Virus record (IMG/VR): IMGVR_UViG_2695420597_000017
Length of the DNA: 10,695 bases
DNA from: a virus
Lineage: Duplodnaviria; Heunggongvirae; Uroviricota; Caudoviricetes
Direction: 5' to 3' (one strand)
The stretch's first letter is position 1, and the number at the start of each line of letters is the position of its first letter. Of the stretch, positions 6,715 to 10,695 are shown one piece after another. Position numbers and translations under genes: made by a program. The notes beneath the pieces are model-generated. The model did not search any database. It was not told the DNA's origin and saw nothing but the letters and a program-made list of their open reading frames with translations.

Positions 6715-7136
6715 AAATCAAGCATGAACACATCCGCATGGCGATGAATGTCTGGGCGCATCCGGACGGCGAAAAAGTGCCGGCTGCGAAAATTACCAAA
6801 GCGTATTTCGAGCTGGGAATGACGTTCCCGGAACTGTATGACGACAGCCATCCGGAAGCCCTGGCCCGTAATACCCAGAAAATTTTCCGTTGGCTGGATA
6901 AAGACACCCCTGATGCTGTTGAAAAAATGCAGGCTCTGTTACCGGCGATCGAAAAGGCGATGCCGCCTTTGCTGGTGGCCCGTATGCGCAGCCACAGTTC
7001 TGAATATTACCGTGAGATCGTCGAACGGAGGGATCGGCTGGTGAAGGATGTCGATGATTTTGTTGCGTCAGCGGTTGTTTTGTATGACCAGATGAATCGC
7101 GGCGGCCCGGCAGGGAATGCTGTGGTGATGCACTAA
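6711..7136 (+). CDS. ydaT: YdaT-like protein (141 aa), occupying the cII position; YdaT-family proteins are reported as CII functional analogues in Rac/CP-933P-type prophages
   Basis: ATG overlaps the cro stop (ATGA at 6711..6714). The N-terminus MKIKHEHI... and the ~140-aa size match my recollection of the YdaT family. The position directly after cro in the pR operon fits. Not verified by search. Confidence 0.65.
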   Translation: MKIKHEHIRMAMNVWAHPDGEKVPAAKITKAYFELGMTFPELYDDSHPEALARNTQKIFRWLDKDTPDAVEKMQALLPAIEKAMPPLLVARMRSHSSEYYREIVERRDRLVKDVDDFVASAVVLYDQMNRGGPAGNAVVMH

Positions 7137-7158
7137 AAGCACGGTGTTCGGGGGTTTT

Positions 7159-8121
7159 ATGAGCAGCAAGCTTCATGGTCTTGTCTGGGAAGGGTGCGCC
7201 TTCACCGGCATGATCTTATCCAGGGTGGCGGTTATGGCCCGTCTTGCAGACTACAGCAATGACGAGGGTGTGTCATGGCCTGCCATTGAAACTATCCGGC
7301 GTCAGATCGGTGCAAGAAGTGAATCCACAGTGAAATCGGCTATTGCAGAACTGGCGAAAGAGGGCTGGCTGACGAAGGAAGAGCGTAAGGTCGGTGGGCG
7401 TAATGTAAGCAATATCTATCGGCTTAATGTGGAAAAACTCGAAGCAGCTGCGGCGGCGGCGCGTGAGTCATATAAACCGAAAAGAAAAATTAGCCCGGCA
7501 AAAAATGACCCGTTAACAGTTGACCCGTCAAATATTGACCCCTCAACGGTTGACCCGTCAAATTTTGATGGATCAACTGTTGATAAAAAACTGCCGATTA
7601 GGGGGGCGATGATTGACCCCGATCCGTCAGTATTAAAACCTGATCCGTCAGATAAAAGATCTTCTTGTCCGGACGCTTCGCAACCGGACCCGCAGACGGC
7701 TGAACAGGATTTTTTAACCCGACACCCTGACGCGGTTGTGTTCAGTGCGAAAAAACGCCAGTGGGGAAGTCAGGAAGATTTGGTGTGCGCACAGTGGATC
7801 TGGGGACGAATCGTGAGTCTTTACGAGCAGGCGGCCAGCTATGATGGCGAGATCACTAGACCGAAAGAACCCAACTGGACAGCATGGGCCAATGACGTTC
7901 GCACAATGCGGATGCTGGATGGCAGAACTCACAGACAAATTTGTGAAATGTTTGGGCGTCTCCAGCGGGATTCGTTCTGGGTAAAAAACATCATGAGTCC
8001 GGCAAAACTCCGGGAAAAATGGGATGAACTGGTTATCCGCCTGGGGCGTTCGCCTGCGCAGCGTTGCGTGAATCACATTTCTGAACCGGACACTGAAATA
8101 CCGCCGGGATTCAGGGGGTGA
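7159..8121 (+). CDS. Replication initiator / replisome organiser (lambda O-like), 320 aa from ATG 7159; an alternative GTG start lies at 7144
   Basis: N-terminal winged-helix-like region (AVMARLADYSNDEGVSWPAIETIRRQIGARSESTVKSAIAELAKEGWL). The internal peptide repeat TVDPSNIDPSTVDPSNFDGSTVD is encoded by 15-bp DNA iterons, as for lambda ori inside gene O. A DnaC-type helicase loader follows directly. GGGGG Shine-Dalgarno before ATG 7159. Confidence 0.8.
   Translation: MSSKLHGLVWEGCAFTGMILSRVAVMARLADYSNDEGVSWPAIETIRRQIGARSESTVKSAIAELAKEGWLTKEERKVGGRNVSNIYRLNVEKLEAAAAAARESYKPKRKISPAKNDPLTVDPSNIDPSTVDPSNFDGSTVDKKLPIRGAMIDPDPSVLKPDPSDKRSSCPDASQPDPQTAEQDFLTRHPDAVVFSAKKRQWGSQEDLVCAQWIWGRIVSLYEQAASYDGEITRPKEPNWTAWANDVRTMRMLDGRTHRQICEMFGRLQRDSFWVKNIMSPAKLREKWDELVIRLGRSPAQRCVNHISEPDTEIPPGFRG
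7506..7580. repeat. Iteron array (putative replication origin): five direct repeats with 15-bp period, followed by an A-rich tract (7585..7590) and degenerate further copies to about 7650
   Basis: The motif TGACCC(G/C)T recurs at 7506, 7521, 7536 and 7551, with a degenerate unit at 7566. The units at 7520..7531 and 7550..7561 are small palindromes (TTGACCCGTCAA). The array is embedded in the O-like gene. Confidence 0.6.
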
Positions 8122-8127
8122 CGTGTC

Positions 8128-8802
8128 ATGAAAAACATTGCGGCAGTTGGGGTTCTTGAACGTATTCGCAGACTTGCACCACAGGGGTCGGTTCCACCGT
8201 ACCGGACGGTGGAGGAGTGGCGGGAATGGCAACTTGCTGAAGGACGAAAACGCAGCGAGGAGATTAACCGCCAGAATCGCCAGTTGCGGGTGGAAAAAAT
8301 CCTGAATCGTTCGGGCATCCAGCCTCTGCACAGCAAATGCTCGTTTGCGAATTATCAGGTGCAGAACGACGGGCAAAAATACGCGCTGAGCCAGGCCAAA
8401 TCCATAGCTGACGAACTGATGACCGGGTGCACGAATTTTGTGTTCAGCGGTAAAACCGGCACCGGGAAAAATCACCTTGCAGCGGCGATGGGCAACCGGC
8501 TGATGGTGAAGGGGCGCAGCGTGATTATCGTCACCGTGTCTGACGTCATGAGCGTGTTGCATGACAGCTACGACAACGGCAAATCCGGGGAAAAATTTTT
8601 ACAGGAGCTTTGCGGGGTTGATTTGCTGGTCCTGGATGAAATAGGCGTTCAGCGGGAGACGAAAAACGAGCAGGTGGTATTGCACCAGATAATTGATCGC
8701 CGGACAGCATCACTGTGCAGTGTCGGGATGTTAACAAACCTGAATCATGACGGTTCCACCGTACCGGACGGTGGAGGAGTGGCGGGAATGGCAACTTGCT
8801 GA
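8128..8802 (+). CDS. DnaC-type (IstB-like AAA+) replicative helicase loader, 5' fragment (224 aa): reads through duplication copy 1, then runs out of frame into copy 2 and ends after 17 aberrant residues
   Basis: Walker A GKTGTGKNHL and Walker B LLVLDEIG. ATG 8128 with GGGGGTG Shine-Dalgarno, 6 nt after the O-like stop. The C-terminal 17 aa (DGSTVPDGGGVAGMATC) are a frameshifted read of the duplicated N-terminal DNA. Confidence 0.7.
   Translation: MKNIAAVGVLERIRRLAPQGSVPPYRTVEEWREWQLAEGRKRSEEINRQNRQLRVEKILNRSGIQPLHSKCSFANYQVQNDGQKYALSQAKSIADELMTGCTNFVFSGKTGTGKNHLAAAMGNRLMVKGRSVIIVTVSDVMSVLHDSYDNGKSGEKFLQELCGVDLLVLDEIGVQRETKNEQVVLHQIIDRRTASLCSVGMLTNLNHDGSTVPDGGGVAGMATC
8189..8750 (+). repeat. 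Tandem direct duplication, copy 1 (562 bp)
   Basis: Sequence 8189..8749 is repeated at 8751..9311 (offset 562). I saw about 6 substitutions in the stretches compared (e.g. GGC/GGT, GTG/GCG, GTG/GAG, GAC/GAT, GGG/GGT, GTT/ATT). Confidence 0.85.
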
Positions 8803-9436
8803 AGGACGAAAACGCAGCGAGGAGATTAACCGCCAGAATCGCCAGTTGCGGGTGGAAAAAATCCTGAATCGTTCGGGCATCCAGCCTCTGCACAGCAAAT
8901 GCTCGTTTGCGAATTATCAGGTGCAGAACGACGGGCAAAAATACGCGCTGAGCCAGGCCAAATCCATAGCTGACGAACTGATGACCGGGTGCACGAATTT
9001 TGTGTTCAGCGGTAAAACCGGCACCGGGAAAAATCACCTTGCAGCGGCGATGGGTAACCGGCTGATGGCGAAGGGGCGCAGCGTGATTATCGTCACCGAG
9101 TCTGATGTCATGAGCGTGTTGCATGACAGCTACGACAACGGCAAATCCGGTGAAAAATTTTTACAGGAGCTTTGCGGGGTTGATTTGCTGGTCCTGGATG
9201 AAATAGGCATTCAGCGGGAGACGAAAAACGAGCAGGTGGTATTGCACCAGATAATTGATCGCCGGACAGCATCACTGTGCAGTGTCGGGATGTTAACAAA
9301 CCTGAATCATGCCGCAATGAGCACGCTTCTTGGTGAGAGGATTATGGACCGCATGACCATGAACGGTTGTCGGTGGGTGACGTTTAACTGGGATAGCTGG
9401 CGTTCAAATGTCAGCTTTCCGGGAGTTGTGAAGTAA
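8747..9436 (+). CDS. DnaC-type helicase loader, 3' fragment (229 aa): starts at an ATG at the duplication junction and lacks the first ~20 codons of the gene; carries the authentic C-terminus
   Basis: 95% of its length is near-identical to ORF 8128..8802 (3 amino-acid differences across the repeat). It then continues with NHAAMSTLLGERIMDRMTMNGCRWV..., giving the DnaC/YdaV-size protein once a single copy is assumed. No Shine-Dalgarno precedes ATG 8747. Confidence 0.6.
   Translation: MTVPPYRTVEEWREWQLAEGRKRSEEINRQNRQLRVEKILNRSGIQPLHSKCSFANYQVQNDGQKYALSQAKSIADELMTGCTNFVFSGKTGTGKNHLAAAMGNRLMAKGRSVIIVTESDVMSVLHDSYDNGKSGEKFLQELCGVDLLVLDEIGIQRETKNEQVVLHQIIDRRTASLCSVGMLTNLNHAAMSTLLGERIMDRMTMNGCRWVTFNWDSWRSNVSFPGVVK
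8751..9312 (+). repeat. Tandem direct duplication, copy 2 (562 bp)
   Basis: See copy 1. The unit length is not a multiple of 3, so the duplication shifts the reading frame by +1. Confidence 0.85.
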
Positions 9437-9457
9437 TTTTTGTTGGAGGATGTTTTA

Positions 9458-10183
9458 ATGGAAACTGTATTTGACGCACTGAAAGCACTGAAAAGAGCCT
9501 CTTCACATGTGGTGGCGTCCCGCCTTGGAATCAGCCGTGAAGATGCGGTCAACGAACTGTGGAAACTGAAGCGCCGTGGTGAAGCGGATAACAAGGGTTC
9601 GATGTGGTGGCTGATTCAGGCTGGTGAAAGTGAACCAGTGTCACCGGTACCGAAAGTGACAGCGCAAATGCTGACTGAGGCGATTGAACAACATGGCCCA
9701 CAAACGGCGGATGAGCTGGCACTGATGTTCGGGATTACCTCCCGCCGGGCGAATTCATCGCTGGCCATGGCAATCAGCAAAGGGCGTCTGATTCGCGTGA
9801 ATCAGGGCGGTAAATTTCGGTACTGCATACCGGGCGCTGATTTACCGGCAGAGCCGAAAGCCGCATCCATAGCGGAAACGGATGGTAAAGTCTTTCCTCA
9901 GCCAGCAGGTGTTGCGTTACCGGTACAGGAAGCTGCAACACAGGAAGAAATTAAAACAGAAACTGTGGCGGACATTGTGCAGTCGTTGCCATCGTTCACC
10001 GAAACGCAAGCGGATGACCTGGTTTTACCATCGCTGCATATGGCAAACCGCGAACTGCGTCGGGCGAAAAGTCATGTCCAGAAGTGGGAGCGTGTCTGCG
10101 CCGCGTTGCGGGAGCTGAACAAGCACCGGGATATTGTTCGACAGATTGTCGATTCCTCCGTTCGTATTGTGTCGGAAAAGTGA
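9458..10183 (+). CDS. Hypothetical protein (241 aa from ATG 9458) with two tandem winged-helix-like segments
   Basis: GGAGGA Shine-Dalgarno 7 nt upstream of ATG 9458; the track ORF starts at an upstream TTG (9440). Segments [25 protein letters not shown] and [29 protein letters not shown] look like wHTH recognition units. In-operon position downstream of the helicase loader. Confidence 0.6.
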   Translation: METVFDALKALKRASSHVVASRLGISREDAVNELWKLKRRGEADNKGSMWWLIQAGESEPVSPVPKVTAQMLTEAIEQHGPQTADELALMFGITSRRANSSLAMAISKGRLIRVNQGGKFRYCIPGADLPAEPKAASIAETDGKVFPQPAGVALPVQEAATQEEIKTETVADIVQSLPSFTETQADDLVLPSLHMANRELRRAKSHVQKWERVCAALRELNKHRDIVRQIVDSSVRIVSEK

Positions 10184-10198
10184 TTGCCGGGGGCGCTT

Positions 10199-10621
10199 AT
10201 GGCAAAAGTATTTACACAGGAAGAGCGGGAAAAAATTAAGGGGCAGGTTGTTGAACTCGTACGCCAGAGTGGGCGCGAGACGTTACGACAACTGGAAGCT
10301 AAAACCGGGGCGACAAGATATTTAATAAGCGTTCTCGCCAGAGAGCTGGTTGCCAGTGGGGATGTATACAACTCTGGCTACGGGTTATTCCCGTCTGAAC
10401 AGGCTCGTAAGGACTGGCAAAACGCCCGCAAAAAACTCTCGAGGGCAAAGCTGAAGAAACCATCTGTGGTTGATCCGGACCTTATCTGGTCATTACCGGA
10501 CGGAGAAATACGCCGCTACGACAGACATCAGAACATAATCTGTCGCGAGTGCCGGAAGAGTGAAGTTATGCAGCGTGTACCGGCTTTCTATCAGGGTGAT
10601 TTTCAGGAGGCGGTACTGTGA
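10199..10621 (+). CDS. Hypothetical protein (140 aa from ATG 10199), N-terminally similar to the preceding protein (wHTH-like), C-terminal CxxC motif
   Basis: GGGGG upstream of ATG 10199. N-terminus MAKVFTQEE...RETLRQLEAKTGATRYLISVLARELVASGDV parallels METVFDAL...[20 protein letters not shown] of the upstream gene. C-terminal CRECRK. Confidence 0.55.
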   Translation: MAKVFTQEEREKIKGQVVELVRQSGRETLRQLEAKTGATRYLISVLARELVASGDVYNSGYGLFPSEQARKDWQNARKKLSRAKLKKPSVVDPDLIWSLPDGEIRRYDRHQNIICRECRKSEVMQRVPAFYQGDFQEAVL

Positions 10622-10678
10622 GTGAAATTAGCTATCAGGCTTCAATTACCGCTGGCATTCGCATCAAAGGAGAGGAGC

Positions 10679-10695
10679 ATGGAAATAAAACCAGA
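10679..10695 (+). CDS. 5' end of a further rightward gene (truncated by the window edge)
   Basis: ATG at 10679 preceded by AAGGAG at 6-nt spacing. Only 5 codons (MEIKP) are visible. Confidence 0.25.

Noticed and set aside
7506-7580. Possibility that the 15-bp direct repeats are a CRISPR array
   Set aside because: The period is only 15 bp with no spacers, the repeats lie inside a coding frame, and no cas genes are present. They are iterons.
7714-9317. Minus-strand ORFs 7714..8562 (282 aa), 8546..9124 (192 aa) and 9108..9317, with near-identical sequences
   Set aside because: They are antisense to the O-like and DnaC-like genes. Their repetition is a by-product of the 562-bp tandem duplication. 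His/Arg/Pro-rich, no start context.

Overview
This window reads as the integration, early-left and immunity/replication region of a lambdoid prophage from an E. coli-like enterobacterium, built as a mosaic of modules known from the Rac, Qin and CP-933P cryptic prophages. All homology calls rest on motif recognition and recollection; no database search was run. Leftward (minus strand): a lambda-family tyrosine integrase (1..1119), an excisionase, an 823-aa protein with a C-terminal DEDDh 3'-5' exonuclease domain, then a dicB-type cell-division-inhibition operon (ydfA-ydfB-ydfC-DicF sRNA-dicB-ydfD) and a CI-type repressor (5733..6407). Rightward (plus strand): cro, a YdaT-like (CII-analogue) gene, an O-like replication initiator with internal 15-bp iterons, a DnaC-type helicase loader, and two small winged-helix-like proteins. 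The two most unusual observations are (1) a 562-bp direct tandem duplication inside the helicase-loader gene, ~99% identical between copies, that frameshifts the gene into two overlapping ORFs, and (2) a CI repressor whose S24 autopeptidase motif reads G-D-A-M, with Ala (GCG) where the catalytic Ser is expected, predicting a non-SOS-cleavable repressor. Both point to a defective or locked-down prophage that still carries host-affecting genes (dicB/DicF, ydfD). No novel defence system was identified; the findings are unusual features of known module types.
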